NCBI GenBank assembly: GCA_046597055.1
Contig: JBKJLC010000062.1
Span: 1 to 59,757 of the forward strand
Direction: 5' to 3'
DNA: 59,757 nucleotides
DNA from: Kofleriaceae bacterium
GTDB lineage: Bacteria > Myxococcota_A > Polyangia > Haliangiales > Haliangiaceae
In this document: positions 10,015 to 21,988 of the stretch, one piece after another
How positions within the stretch are numbered: position 1 is the first letter of the stretch
How the letters are laid out: the number at the start of each line of letters is the position of its first letter
Translations under genes and position numbers: made by a program
The notes under the pieces: model-generated
Database searches by the model: none
Seen by the model: only the letters and a program-made list of their open reading frames with translations
What the model was told of the DNA's origin: nothing

Positions 10015-10461
10015 GCCGCCGAGAGCGCCTCATCATCGCGCACCGACGCCGCCGCCTCGATCGCACAGGTCGCGCTGACCATCCGATCCTGCAGCTCGAA
10101 GAACGGCGACGGAATCTCGTCATTGAGCGTCTAACCAAGGTCCGGCACCGGGCGCGCCAGCCGGGGCTCAGCGCGGATCGCGTGCGCCGCGGCACCCGCC
10201 GCGCCATGGTCGACCGACAGGACGGCGGCGTGCAGCGCCGCCAGTTGGCCGGTTCCGGTGCATGCGTGGCGACAGCAGCTCACGGGCGAGCGGCGGCAGC
10301 GGCTCGGCGCGTTCGACGACGATCGCCGGCACGCGGGGTCCCACCTCGGGCGGCAGCGTGCCATCGGGGTGGCCGCATCCGAGCGCCGCGACGATCGCGG
10401 TCATCGCCAACAACCGGCTGCAGGACGAGACCAGCAACCGAGTCCCGGTTCGGATCACCAT
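10015..10461 (-). pseudogene. Cytochrome c'-like lipoprotein remnant
   Basis: AIVAALGC signal, then PLPPLARELLSPRM, AIRAEPRLARP..(stop)TLNDEIPSPFFELQD. Resembles a myxobacterial helical cytochrome family, but the terminal CxxCH is lost. Confidence 0.45.
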
Positions 10462-10815
10462 GGCTGCTCCCCGCTGGCGTGCGCTCGGCGCCTCTGCTCC
10501 AGGAAGATGGCGACCCCGACCGTCGCGAGCGTCGCGACCGCCGCGGTCACCAGCTCGTCGGTCGCCAGCATCGCCGCCAGCGACAAAAGCGGCGCCGCGA
10601 TCAGCAGGACGACCACCTGGCGGCGCGGCTGCCACCCCGCGTGCAGCAGCGCGGCGACCACCAGCAGTCCCGGCGTTCCACACCGCCGCGACCGGCAGGA
10701 CGGGCTTCCTCCGAACACCGCTCGTAGCCAGGGCATGCCAGCGTGGTGTGGCCCGCGCGTCCACCGAGCACGCATAACCTGCGCGGCCGTGGTGTGCCCC
10801 TGGGCTTCGAGCTCG

Positions 10816-11540
10816 TCATCGGACCTTCCCGACGCAGCGGGTGGTCGGCCGGTAGCCGAGCTCGGCGCGAGCGCGGGCGCCGTCGACCACACCGCCGAAG
10901 TGGAAGCGGCGGAGGTTCTGATCGTACCGAAACTCGAAGCCAACCATCCACGCGCGCAGGTCGTAGAGCGGCGCCAGCAGCGGCCCCGGCACCGGCAGGT
11001 CGCGCCGACCCGAGCGCGCGATCAGGCTGGTCAGCGGCAAGGTGTCGGCTCCCGGGATGTTGAAGACGCCCTGCGAGCTGCTGCCGGCCGCGATCCGGAG
11101 CGCGTGGACGGCATCGTCGATCGACAACACGTTGATCCCCATGCTGGTGACCATCGCGCTGCCGAAGGGCGAGCGCGGCAACCCCAGACCCGGCAGATCG
11201 AGCCCGAGAGCCTCGGTCAGCGCGATCGTCCGCAGCACGGGGCGGAGCAGCGACGGCGGCAGCGCATCGGTGACTCGCTTGGACCGCGCGAAGTCGCGGT
11301 CGTCGCCCCGCTTTATCGCGCCGGCCCGCCGGAATAGCTTGACGCCGACCTCGACCACCGGCTTGTTCGCGACGTCGGCGACCTTGACGCCCGGGAGATC
11401 CTGACCTCCCGCGACCGCGGTCACGAAGAGCACTCGATCGACGGCCGCGGCCGCGCTCGGCCGCCGCGGATCCGCACGTTGAGGTCGGGAACCGCGGCGA
11501 GCGCATGGCCCACCAGCGAGATGGGAATGACGTGCATCTC
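10816..11540 (-). pseudogene. Chimeric remnant: 2-oxoacid dehydrogenase E2-like fragment joined to an NAD-dependent epimerase C-terminus
   Basis: VGHALAAVPDLNVRI...PFGSAMVTSMG (E2 catalytic-domain-like) runs in frame into INVLSIDDAVHAL...GVFNIPG...DGARARAELGYRP (extended SDR C-terminus). Confidence 0.6.
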
Positions 11541-11732
11541 CCGAACGAATGCACGTGGCGCGCCGGAACCGACGCGACATCGGGGAGCGTTTGGACTTCG
11601 ACCTTCACCGCACCGGTTGCGCGGGCCCCCAGCGCGAGCGCACCGATTGCGCACGGTCGGTCGGCCGCAAGCCTCTTGCTTGCTTGAGAACAGGCGCGCC
11701 CGGCGGCTCAAGAGATGCAGCAGCCGAGATGC

Positions 11733-11981
11733 ATGAAGACCGAGAAGCTGAACGTCTCCGGCATGACCTGCGGCGCGTGCGTGAAGCACGTGACCCGCGC
11801 CTTGACCTCGGTGCCCGGCGTCGACCACGTCGATGTCTCGCTTGCCGACAACACCGCCGACGTCAGGTTCGACGAGGATCGAGTGTCGACTGGGACGCTG
11901 GGTGCGGCGCTTCGGTCGGCGGGCTACGACGTCGCCTCGGCCCCCGTGGAGCGAGTGTCGGCTGGCTGCTGTGGCTCCTGA
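11733..11981 (+). CDS. copZ: Heavy-metal-associated (HMA) domain chaperone
   Basis: GMTCGAC metal-binding motif, 82 aa, C-terminal GCCGS. Confidence 0.88.
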   Translation: MKTEKLNVSGMTCGACVKHVTRALTSVPGVDHVDVSLADNTADVRFDEDRVSTGTLGAALRSAGYDVASAPVERVSAGCCGS

Positions 11982-12024
11982 CGATTGAACCGGTCGCTGG
12001 AGCGGTGACGCACGGTTGGGCGCG

Positions 12025-12354
12025 ACGTCGCGCGTAGCTGGCCAAGGGCACGGCGCCGGCGACCACGAACGCGACCAGCGTTGCCATCCCGTGCCGCCAC
12101 GGCTGCTCATGGTCCACGGACGCCCCGGTCTGCTCGAGCTCCGACTTGAGCCCGAGGTAGTTACTGACCGCCATCGACAGCCCGTCGGCGACCAGGTTGG
12201 CCAGCCCGAGGATCAGGCCGACCGCGGCCGGGAACCCCGCGCCGGTGCTGCCGGCGATCAACCCCCGCGTGGTCACCACGCCGTCGCAGGCGCCGTAGAC
12301 CAGATCGCGCAGGTAGTGCCCGGCTCCCTCGGAAGGACGCGACGGCTTGCTCAC
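12025..12354 (-). pseudogene. VIT1/CCC1 transporter, 3'-truncated
   Basis: YLRDLVYGACDGVVTT...GLANLVADGLSMAVSNYLG...FVVAGAVPL. The last TM helices are missing. Confidence 0.8.
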
Positions 12355-12366
12355 GGGACCCGTTGG

Positions 12367-12382
12367 AGCAAGAACCTCGCCG
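12367..12382 (-). promoter_or_regulatory. sigma54-type -24/-12 promoter
   Basis: CGGCGAGGTTCTTGCT, 12 nt before the GTG at 12354. Confidence 0.55.
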
Positions 12383-12406
12383 AACTCGCGACCTGTTGGG
12401 GGGCGC

Positions 12407-12422
12407 AGGCACAGTACGTGCT
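12407..12422 (+). promoter_or_regulatory. sigma54-type -24/-12 promoter (divergent partner)
   Basis: AGGCACAGTACGTGCT, 11 nt before the ATG at 12434. Confidence 0.55.
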
Positions 12423-12433
12423 GCACTCGCGGC

Positions 12434-13075
12434 ATGAAACGCTCTCGTGGTCGTTGCCCTGTTCGCTGGTTGTCCGCCGCCGGACGAGCCGGCGCAGGTC
12501 GGCATCGAAGGTTCTCCGGCGGAAGACACGGACCATCCGGCCGCGTTTCGCGACCTCGCCGATCGTACGGCGGCGCGGACCAAGAACCGCGTCGCCGCCC
12601 GGGGTGAGGCGCCGCTGGCCGACGACGATCAGAGGCGACGCTTCGCCGTGCTGGTGCCCGACGAGCCGATGACCGGTCGAGGGGCGTATCTGATCGAGGA
12701 GCGACCCGGGCGCGTGTGGCGGGTTTCGTTCCAGATCGACGGTCGCACGATGCCGTGGGGGACTCGAGCCCGGCGCGTCGCACGACGACGATCCGATATG
12801 GCAGACCCGCGACGACCGCACCGTCGATCTCACCCAGGGCCACCATCACGGCGGGGAAGTGATCGAGTTCGCGCAGCGCGACGGCGCCCTGGTCGTGCTG
12901 CTGCACGAATTTACCGGCGACGCCGACACCGTGGTCACCGAACGCCGACGGTTCGCGAAGAACGGTGTGTGCTCCGACCCGTGCCCCGCGCTCGCGGGCT
13001 TTGTCACCGAGGATGCCGACCTCCGGGTCACCGGTCCAGCGGGCACCGTCGATGCGCTGACCGACTCTGATCACT
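12434..13075 (+). pseudogene. Hypothetical lipoprotein, frameshifted
   Basis: ATG-AAA, then an out-of-frame lipobox-like ALVVVALFAGC. Protein-like segments are spread over several frames. Confidence 0.4.
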
Positions 13076-13097
13076 GGACGAGGTCGGCGACTACGAT

Positions 13098-13133
13098 CGA
13101 TAAGGTGCGCTCGTCCGATAAGGTGCGCTCGTC
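13098..13133. repeat. Exact 18-bp tandem duplication
   Basis: CGATAAGGTGCGCTCGTC occurs twice in a row. Confidence 0.9.
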
Positions 13134-13202
13134 ACGCAGCGAAGCAGCTCGCAGGCCGACGACGAGGACCACCTCGATGGATTCGAGTCCAGGAACCGCG
13201 CC

Positions 13203-14483
13203 TCATGTGTCGGCTGCAGGCTTGACGATCAGGACGGGCACTCGACTGTTCCGGACCACGCTCTCGGCCACCGAGCCGAGCACGAGGCGACGCAGCCCGG
13301 ACTCGCCGTGAGAGGCGATCACGATGCAGTCGGCGCCGGCGCGCGCTGCCGTCGCCACGATGGCGGCGGCCACGTCCCCATGCCAGATGGCCTCGACATC
13401 GAACCCGATGGCGGGGGGCAGGTCAGACTGCACGAGCGCGCGCAGCCGACGGCAAGCATCGGTGCGCGAGAGCTCGACAGGAGAGCCCGTCATTACGTGC
13501 AGTAGCAGCACCTCGCCACCCGCGGGCACAAGTGCGAGCGCATGTGGAATGGCCGCGTTACCGAAGCGGGAGAAGTCGGTCGCGACGAGGACACGGCGGA
13601 CCACGGGGAGTGGGACCTGCGCGACCGGAGACGCTTCGACGGGCACGAGCAGGACCGACATCGGGGCGAGATGCAGGACGCCGGAGGCCACCGAGGAGAG
13701 CCGGGCCAGGCCGCGAGCGCGGTGACTGCCAACGACGATTAGGTCGGCCGCGCATTCAGCCGCGCGTCCCACCAGGTGGTCGCTGAGCCGACCGAGGGCA
13801 AGGACCGCGTGGAACGCGACCCGCCCTTCTCCGCCAAGCTCACCCACGGACTCGGCGAGGTCCCGCTGGAGGTAGCCATCGATCTCAGGAACCGGCTCGG
13901 TCAGCGCGTGCGGGGTAGTTCCATAGCGACGGGTCGCCTCGTCCATGTAGTACGCGTGGAGGACGTGCACGTCGCACGGGCCGATGCCACGGAGAGCGCG
14001 CACCCACTCGAGAGCGCGGTCGCTCGCAGCGTCTTCGGTGAGGATCGCGCCTACGACGAGTCCACCTCGGTTCGTCCAGTCGACAAGACGACGGCCGCCT
14101 CGGACGACGAGTACCGGGACCCTCGCGCGCTGCACGAGGCGCTCCGCCGTGCCGCCCATCTGCAGCATCGATCGCCCCGCGCCCATCGCCCCCACGACGA
14201 CCAGACGCGCGCCCGTGCTCGATGCCAGCGCTGCGAGCGCGACCTCGGGATCCCCGCTCGGCATCACACCCCGGATCGACAGGGCAACGTCGCCACGAAG
14301 TCGGTCGACCTCACGCTGCAGCTCCTGGGACTTCTGCGCGTCCTCCCCGCCAGAGGGAACCGCATGGACGAGGTGCAGCTGGCCGTGAAGGGCGCGGGTG
14401 AGTGCGGCGGCGACGTCACCAGCCTCGCGGGCGGCGTCGGAGAAGTCGGTGCCGCAGAGGATCAACGGTTCCGGATCGGTCAT
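13203..14483 (-). CDS. Universal stress protein with three tandem USP domains
   Basis: ILCGTDFS, DLIVVGSH, RVLVATDFS...IVIASHGESGLRRLVLGSVAESVVR. GAGGGAG RBS upstream. Confidence 0.92.
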   Translation of the reverse strand: MTDPEPLILCGTDFSDAAREAGDVAAALTRALHGQLHLVHAVPSGGEDAQKSQELQREVDRLRGDVALSIRGVMPSGDPEVALAALASSTGARLVVVGAMGAGRSMLQMGGTAERLVQRARVPVLVVRGGRRLVDWTNRGGLVVGAILTEDAASDRALEWVRALRGIGPCDVHVLHAYYMDEATRRYGTTPHALTEPVPEIDGYLQRDLAESVGELGGEGRVAFHAVLALGRLSDHLVGRAAECAADLIVVGSHRARGLARLSSVASGVLHLAPMSVLLVPVEASPVAQVPLPVVRRVLVATDFSRFGNAAIPHALALVPAGGEVLLLHVMTGSPVELSRTDACRRLRALVQSDLPPAIGFDVEAIWHGDVAAAIVATAARAGADCIVIASHGESGLRRLVLGSVAESVVRNSRVPVLIVKPAADT

Positions 14484-14564
14484 GTCACTCCCTCGTTTTC
14501 TGATAGGCCTGCGAGAGAGGCCCGCGCGCAGCGCCGATCAGCCGCAGCGGTCGCCAAGGCGCTC

Positions 14565-14700
14565 GCCCTGAGCGAGCGCTCACTGAAGGATTCGACGCCG
14601 TCGACGGCCTCGAGGTAGAGCGCCTGCTCCTGGGTATCGGGCGCGAGCAAGGTCAGGTCGAGCAACTGGGTACTGCGCCTGCGCGCGCGATGGGTCAGGC
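14565..14700 (-). pseudogene. Remnant of the small protein that usually accompanies ICE/prophage serine recombinases
   Basis: TQLLDLTLLAPDTQEQALYLEAVDGVESFSERSLR resembles the LxLLAPDIQE...ERxLR family. Sits at the island edge. Confidence 0.5.
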
Positions 14701-15268
14701 GCACGAAAAACGACCGGGGCGAAGGGTACGTGACGAGAATGCTATGGACCGAACCACGGTTATGCGAAAGCACAAGCGGGATTCGAGTCGCGACCGTGGC
14801 TGGCCGGAGGCCTGCGTGAACTCCTGATCCTCGGGACCCATGGTCGGCACGATGGGCTCGGTGGTCGGCGCCCGGCACTCGGTCTCTGCCCTCGGGAGCG
14901 CGGAGTGGCTTCCGAGGGCCCGAGGCCGAGGGCCGGAGCGCCGGGGGCCGAGGTGACGCGTGCACCGCGTCTGCTTGGCCCGCACGCTCAGCGCGACGCT
15001 GCCCCTCGCCCCGGGGCTCGCCACGGCTGGCTCGGCGATCGGCTCGAACGCGCGGCGCCAACCGCCGGCGGGCGGCGTGCCGCGCGCGGCCTGTGTGCGC
15101 GGGCGGCGGCGGGCCGGTCGACGGTCCGCCGCCATCGCCACGGGTGGACGACGGGCCGGCGGGTCGCGCGCCGCGGCTCGGCGCGGATGAGCACACGCAT
15201 GCCGAGCGGCAGGATCAGCCGATGGGCCTTGGACGGACGCTCGCAGTCGGACACGGCGCGAGACGGTA

Positions 15269-15862
15269 TCAGAGCGGCACGGCGAACACCTGCGCGCCAT
15301 GCAGCTCGACACAGCGGACGCTGCGCACGCCGCCGGCGCGCAGGTCGGCCGCGTAGCCCGCGATCAGCACGTTCACCGCACGATCGGCGCAGGCTTCGGT
15401 GCGGATCTCGACGATGTCCTCGACCACCTGCACGGTGCCGAACAGCCGGGACCCGGCCAGCGCGCGCTCCAGCGCGGCCGCGGTGGTCGCCGGATCCGGC
15501 GGGCCCTCCGACGGCGGTGCCGGCGGCCGCTCGCCCTCGACCGGCCCAGGCGCCACCGGCGACGGCGCGACCCCCAGCTGCTCGGTGCCAGGCTCGGTGG
15601 CGGCCGGCGCGTCATCGCCGGCGCGGCTGATCAGCACGATCAGCGCGATCGCGGCGAGCACGACCACCGCGCCGACGACGATGCCGCGTCCACGGAACGG
15701 CTCGGGCGAGGCCAGGGTCTCGACCGCTTCGACCGAGGTGCCGCCCGCGGCCGACGGCCGCCGGGTCCGCGGGCTCCCCGGCATGGGCGCATGACAGCGC
15801 GGGCACTTCGCGTACCCGATGGTGACCGCCACTCCGCAGCCTGGGCAGGGTGTCGACACCAT
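15269..15862 (-). CDS. Hypothetical membrane protein with N-terminal double CxxC zinc ribbon
   Basis: CPGC...CPRC, one TM helix, Pro-rich linker. TAGACT -10 box 7 nt upstream of the ATG. Confidence 0.75.
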   Translation of the reverse strand: MVSTPCPGCGVAVTIGYAKCPRCHAPMPGSPRTRRPSAAGGTSVEAVETLASPEPFRGRGIVVGAVVVLAAIALIVLISRAGDDAPAATEPGTEQLGVAPSPVAPGPVEGERPPAPPSEGPPDPATTAAALERALAGSRLFGTVQVVEDIVEIRTEACADRAVNVLIAGYAADLRAGGVRSVRCVELHGAQVFAVPL

Positions 15863-15945
15863 GATTGGCAGTCTACCCACAATCCCCGGGTGCGGGTGTC
15901 CCGGGCGGCGGCGCGACGCGGCGGCGATCGGCATCCCGCGGCGGG

Positions 15946-16641
15946 CTACGGCACCAGCTTGTAGCCGAAGCCGTAGACCGTGAGGATGTGGCGCGGGTTC
16001 TTCTGGTCTTCCTCGAGCTTGCGGCGCAGCTTGACGATGAAGTTGTCGACCGTGCGGTTGGTCGGCGAGCCGTGCACGCCCCAGACCTTCTCGAGCAGCT
16101 CGTCGCGTGACAGCGCCTCATCGGCGCGCTCGCGCAGCAGCTTCAGCACCTCGAGCTCGTAGAACGTCAGGCGCTTGCTCTGCCGGCCCCGGGTCAGCGT
16201 GTGCTTGCGCGCGTTGACCGTCCATGTGCCGATCGCGAACGACTCGTCGGTGGCCGCCAGGCGGGCCTGGCGCCGGAAGATCGCGTTGATCCGGGCGATC
16301 AGCTCGGCGACCGAGAACGGCTTGGTGACGTAGTCGTCGGCGCCCGAGTCGAGCCCGCGGACCTTGTCGGCCTCCTGCGCCTTGGCGGTCAAGATGATGA
16401 TCGGCACCACCGGATCGCGCTCGCGCAGCGCCTCGCACACCCGATAGCCGTTGTCGTCGGGCAACATCAGGTCGAGCAGCACCAGATCGGGGCCCCACTC
16501 GCCGGCGGCGTGCAGGCCTTCGCTGCCGGTCTCGCGCGCCTCGACCTCGAAGCCCTCGAAGCGGAGCGCATCGGACAGCCCGCGGACGATGTCGGGCTCG
16601 TCCTCGATCACCAGGATCTTCTTGGCGCTCTCGGTCACCAC
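15946..16641 (-). CDS. OmpR/PhoB-family response regulator
   Basis: [24 protein letters not shown], and a winged-helix C-terminus ending [11 protein letters not shown]. Confidence 0.96.
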   Translation of the reverse strand: MVTESAKKILVIEDEPDIVRGLSDALRFEGFEVEARETGSEGLHAAGEWGPDLVLLDLMLPDDNGYRVCEALRERDPVVPIIILTAKAQEADKVRGLDSGADDYVTKPFSVAELIARINAIFRRQARLAATDESFAIGTWTVNARKHTLTRGRQSKRLTFYELEVLKLLRERADEALSRDELLEKVWGVHGSPTNRTVDNFIVKLRRKLEEDQKNPRHILTVYGFGYKLVP

Positions 16642-16651
16642 GAGCCTCTTA

Positions 16652-18217
<1,566 letters not shown>

Positions 18218-18411
18218 CCGGGTCGACCTAATACCATGCGCGCGAGATCCCGTGGGTGATCTTGTAAGTGGGGATGGTTGCTAGCAATCGCGCCATGTGT
18301 TAGGACGCTGACTGTACTGGCGCCGTACTTCCGGAGTGGGGTCCGGACGGCATGAATCTCAATAGTTAGGTCGACTACTTGGACGCGGCCTTCCCCTCTA
18401 GAGAGGCTGGG

Positions 18412-19503
18412 ATGGACTCTATCTTCGACGAAGAAGCGGATGAGGTCGGCGGCGAAGTCGAGGCCTACTGCCCGTCTCCGCGGTGCAAGGCCGACACCAC
18501 CCACACGATTATCAGCATGTACGAAGACGAGGTCCGTCGCGTGCAGTGCGTCGTATGCGGGGAGGTTCACGCCTACCGCAAGCCCCGGGGCGATGGCCCG
18601 GAAGAGGGCGGTGGCGGAGGGGGATCCGATGGGGTCTCACCCAAGCGGATGACCTCGAGCCGGGTGACCTGGAAGGACGCGATGGCGCGGGCCAGTGAGC
18701 CCGACCTCGCGAACTGCCGGCCCTACTCGATCCGTGACACCTACGAGATCGGTGACGTCGTGATGCACCCGAAGTTCGACATCGGGTTCGTGACCGAGCT
18801 GTTGCCGGACAACAAGGTGGCCATGGTCTTCCGCGACGAGGACGAGCCACGGGTGCTCGTTCATAATCGCGGCGATCTCGCGACCCAGATGCCTGGCATC
18901 AGCGAGATCCCGCCGCCGCGGGACGCCAAGAAGAAGAAGCGTCCCAAGAAGAAGGACGACAGCGTGCCGGTCGCCGTCCGCAGTGATGCGGACGTCGCGG
19001 GCGCCCTGGACAAGGCGCGCACCGCGGCTGCGGCCAAGACCGAGGAAGGCCAGCGCGTGGTTGCCACCCGCCTGGTCGACCAGAAGGGTCAGAAGCCGAA
19101 GAAGGGCGACCCCAAGGCAACCAAGCCCGCGGTAGCGCCGGCCAAGGTCGATCCCAAGGCGGCCAAGGCTGCGGCCCCGGCAGCGGCGAAGGCGGTCAAG
19201 ACCGAGCCCGCGTCGGCCAAGGCGGCCAAGGCTGAGCCCGCGGCGAAGACGGCCAAGGGCGCTGCCGCGGCCAAGGGCGGCAAGCCGGCCAAGGACGACA
19301 AAGCGGGCGCGAAGGCACCCACCGGGAAGAAGCCGGCCAAGCCGGCCAAGGCGGTCGCGGCCAAGAAGCCCGCCGCCAAGGCGAAGGCCGCCAAGCCGGC
19401 GCCCAAGGCCAAGGCTGCCAAGCCGGCGCCCAAGGCCAAGGCTGGCAAGCCGGCCAAGCCCGCCGCCAAGAAGCCCGCGAAGCCGACCAAGAAGAAGAAG
19501 TGA
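18412..19503 (+). CDS. Zinc-ribbon plus SH3-like domain protein with histone H1-like Lys/Ala/Pro-rich tail
   Basis: CPSPRC...CVVC...H, then [17 protein letters not shown]...VLVHNR, then about 140 aa of AAKPA/PAKK-type repeats. Confidence 0.85.
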   Translation: MDSIFDEEADEVGGEVEAYCPSPRCKADTTHTIISMYEDEVRRVQCVVCGEVHAYRKPRGDGPEEGGGGGGSDGVSPKRMTSSRVTWKDAMARASEPDLANCRPYSIRDTYEIGDVVMHPKFDIGFVTELLPDNKVAMVFRDEDEPRVLVHNRGDLATQMPGISEIPPPRDAKKKKRPKKKDDSVPVAVRSDADVAGALDKARTAAAAKTEEGQRVVATRLVDQKGQKPKKGDPKATKPAVAPAKVDPKAAKAAAPAAAKAVKTEPASAKAAKAEPAAKTAKGAAAAKGGKPAKDDKAGAKAPTGKKPAKPAKAVAAKKPAAKAKAAKPAPKAKAAKPAPKAKAGKPAKPAAKKPAKPTKKKK

Positions 19504-19512
19504 CGGCGCCCG

Positions 19513-19537
19513 GACCGTCGGTTCGCCGACGGTTCCG
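19513..19537 (+). terminator. Hairpin after the H1-like gene
   Basis: GGACCGTCGG-TTCG-CCGACGGTTCC stem-loop just past the stop, between convergent genes. Confidence 0.45.
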
Positions 19538-19708
19538 GTCCCGGATCACGGCGTGACCGCAGCCGGCCGGTGCTCGGCGGTGCGGGTGGACGGTAGTCGG
19601 GCGCGGGCGCCCTCGGCGTGATCACCCAACCCGCCGGGTGATCGAAGCGCTCCCGCGCTCGGTGTTGATCACGCTCGCCAACCGAGCGGCCGACGGACCG
19701 CGGGTGGC

Positions 19709-20776
19709 TCAGCTCCCGCGCGGGAGCAGGACCGTGAACTCGGTGAACTGATCTTCCTCGGACTCCACGGTGATGAGACCGCCGTGGAGCTCGACGAGGC
19801 CGCGCGCGATGAACAGGCCCAGCCCCGCCGAGTCGGGGCCGGATGAGGTGTGGTGCTTGGCGGGCTGCACGTCGGTGAACGGCTCGAAGATCCGGTGGCG
19901 GTGCGCCGCCGGGATGCCGATGCCGTTGTCGCGCACACGGATCCGCGCCCAGTCGCCGGCGTAGACGTCGGCCGGCGCGTCGTCCACCAGCACGCGGATC
20001 TGACCGCCCTCGGGCGTGTAACGGATCGCGTTCGAGACCAGGTTGACCACGATCTGGTGGACCTTGTCGGTATCACCGGAGATGCGGGCGATCGCCGCGA
20101 TCGCGGTCGCCATCTCCTGGCGGCGGGCCTGGGCCAGCGGCAACAGCTCGTGGACCGCGTCGTCGACGACCCGGGCGACGTCGACCGGCGCGCGGGTCAG
20201 CCGCACCCGCCCGGCCTCGAGCCGCGAAAAGTCGAGCATCTCGTCGACCAAGCGCTTGAGGCGATGGGCGTTGCGCCGGATCGAGGCGACCGGGCGATCC
20301 ATCTCGTCGGCGAGCTCGCCGAAGCGGCCCTCGTTCAGCAGGTCGAGGTAGCCGACGATGCTGACCAGCGGGGTCCGCAGCTCATGGGCGACGATCGAGA
20401 TGAACTCGGCCTTCATCTGGCTCTGGCGCTCGAGCTCGGCGTTCTTGCGGATGAGCTGCGCCTCGGACTCGGCCAGCGCGCGGGTCCGCTGGCGCACCGC
20501 GTGATCGAGGTTGGCGGTCACCGACTCGAGCTCGGACTGCTTCTCCTCGAGCTCCTGGGTGCGGCTGTCGATCTGCTGCTCCATGCGCGCGGCGACCTCG
20601 AAGAGCTCGGCCTGGCTCGGCTCGCTGGTCCGGCGCTCGGTGCGCGCGATCAGCACGTCGATGGTGCGCTGGGCGGCGCGCAGCTCGAGCTCGAGCTTGG
20701 CGACCTGGGCGGCCAGATCGGGGCCGCCGGGCGGCGCCGCGGCGCCCCGAGGGCGACGACGAGTTCCCTCAGGCAA
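19709..20776 (-). CDS. Cytoplasmic histidine kinase with coiled-coil N-terminus
   Basis: [23 protein letters not shown] and AGLGL. Overlaps the stop of the FIST gene. Confidence 0.93.
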   Translation of the reverse strand: MPEGTRRRPRGAAAPPGGPDLAAQVAKLELELRAAQRTIDVLIARTERRTSEPSQAELFEVAARMEQQIDSRTQELEEKQSELESVTANLDHAVRQRTRALAESEAQLIRKNAELERQSQMKAEFISIVAHELRTPLVSIVGYLDLLNEGRFGELADEMDRPVASIRRNAHRLKRLVDEMLDFSRLEAGRVRLTRAPVDVARVVDDAVHELLPLAQARRQEMATAIAAIARISGDTDKVHQIVVNLVSNAIRYTPEGGQIRVLVDDAPADVYAGDWARIRVRDNGIGIPAAHRHRIFEPFTDVQPAKHHTSSGPDSAGLGLFIARGLVELHGGLITVESEEDQFTEFTVLLPRGS

Positions 20777-21920
20777 GGGGCGCTCCCAGCGCGAGCGCGG
20801 CGAGGGTGTGGTTGACCAGGAGCGGGCCGGCCTGCTCGCCGAAGCTGTGGAACCCGACGACCGGCACCGACGCGTAGATCTCGTCGAGCGCCGCGCCCGC
20901 GCCGCGGGTCTGGGCCTCGAGGTGGCGGCCGAGGCACGAGAACGTGATCACCGCCGATAGCTCGCCGAGCCGCGCGCGCGCGCCGGCGAACGCGGTGCGG
21001 GTCTGGGTGACCAGGTCACCCGGCCGCATGATGCGGACGACCGCGCCCTCGTCGACCACCGCGGCCAGCCGCAGCTCGTCGCCCGCGACCTCGCGGATCG
21101 AGCGGACGTACGGGTGACCGCCGACGTAGATCGCGAACGGGAATGACGAAGCGAGCTCGTTGTCGAGCGGACGGTCGACGCCGAGCTCCCGGATCAGCTG
21201 CTGGTAGCGGGCCGCGGCCGGATGGCCGTCGAGCTCGTGGATCGAGCGGCGACGCGGATCGGCGCCGGTGACCACGGTGCGCGCGGGGGTCGCGGTCATG
21301 TGCTCGGACGTGATCACCTCGAACGACAGCCCGGACTCGAGCACGACCACCAGGCCAGCGTCACGATGGGCGACGCCGTTCGCGAAGATCGCGCTGCGCG
21401 GCGGCCCCCCGACCACGTCCGAGGACGAGCCGCCGACGAACGAGATCCGTGGTGCGGTGGCCGCGGTACCGAGGCAGAACCCCTCGGCGAAGGCGGAGCG
21501 ACCATCGACCAAGGTCAGGGCGACGTGCCGGGCCGGATCGAGCGCCTCCGCGGCGCGGCCGAGCGCGTTCGCCGCAGCGACCACCGCGCCCCGCCCGGCC
21601 TGCAGCGGTCCCCGCGCCAGCTCGCCGGTCAGCCCGATCCCGAAGCGCAGGCCCGGGCACGAGATCACCACCGCGACCGCGGTGCCGACCGCGACCGCGC
21701 CGCCGATCTCGCCCACCGAGGTGCACCCGATCACCGTCGCCGGCGACAGGCGCTGGTGCAGCTCGGCGGCGACCTCGTCGCACGGGAGCTGGCTCGACAC
21801 GAACGCGATCACCAGGGCGTCGGCCGACGGCGCCAGACGCGCGGCGAGATCGTCGGCGACCTGGCGCGGCGAGCGCGCAGGCACGGACGTCCTGCGGATG
21901 GGTGGTTCCCCCTGCGCCAC
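20769..21920 (-). CDS. FIST-domain sensor (NosP-like)
   Basis: [31 protein letters not shown] and [10 protein letters not shown]...VNHT are FIST_N/FIST_C motifs. Confidence 0.92.
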   Translation of the reverse strand: MAQGEPPIRRTSVPARSPRQVADDLAARLAPSADALVIAFVSSQLPCDEVAAELHQRLSPATVIGCTSVGEIGGAVAVGTAVAVVISCPGLRFGIGLTGELARGPLQAGRGAVVAAANALGRAAEALDPARHVALTLVDGRSAFAEGFCLGTAATAPRISFVGGSSSDVVGGPPRSAIFANGVAHRDAGLVVVLESGLSFEVITSEHMTATPARTVVTGADPRRRSIHELDGHPAAARYQQLIRELGVDRPLDNELASSFPFAIYVGGHPYVRSIREVAGDELRLAAVVDEGAVVRIMRPGDLVTQTRTAFAGARARLGELSAVITFSCLGRHLEAQTRGAGAALDEIYASVPVVGFHSFGEQAGPLLVNHTLAALALGAPLA

Positions 21921-21988
21921 GGCGCGGACTATAGCGCGCGGCGGTCAAAAAGTTGCCCCGGGCGGCCGCCGGCCGCTTCGATAAGGGC

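Noticed and set aside
13098..13133. 18-bp tandem repeat as a CRISPR or iteron remnant
   Set aside because: Only two adjacent copies with no spacer. Most simply a slippage duplication in decayed DNA.
14776..14900. Possible tRNA or 6S RNA gene
   Set aside because: Only a degenerate T-arm-like 20-mer. I could not build a cloverleaf or a 6S-like fold, so it is kept only as a weak att hint.
19120..19500. Repetitive DNA resembling a repeat array or CRISPR
   Set aside because: The repeats are in-frame codons for the Lys/Ala/Pro tail. There is no repeat-spacer structure and no cas gene.
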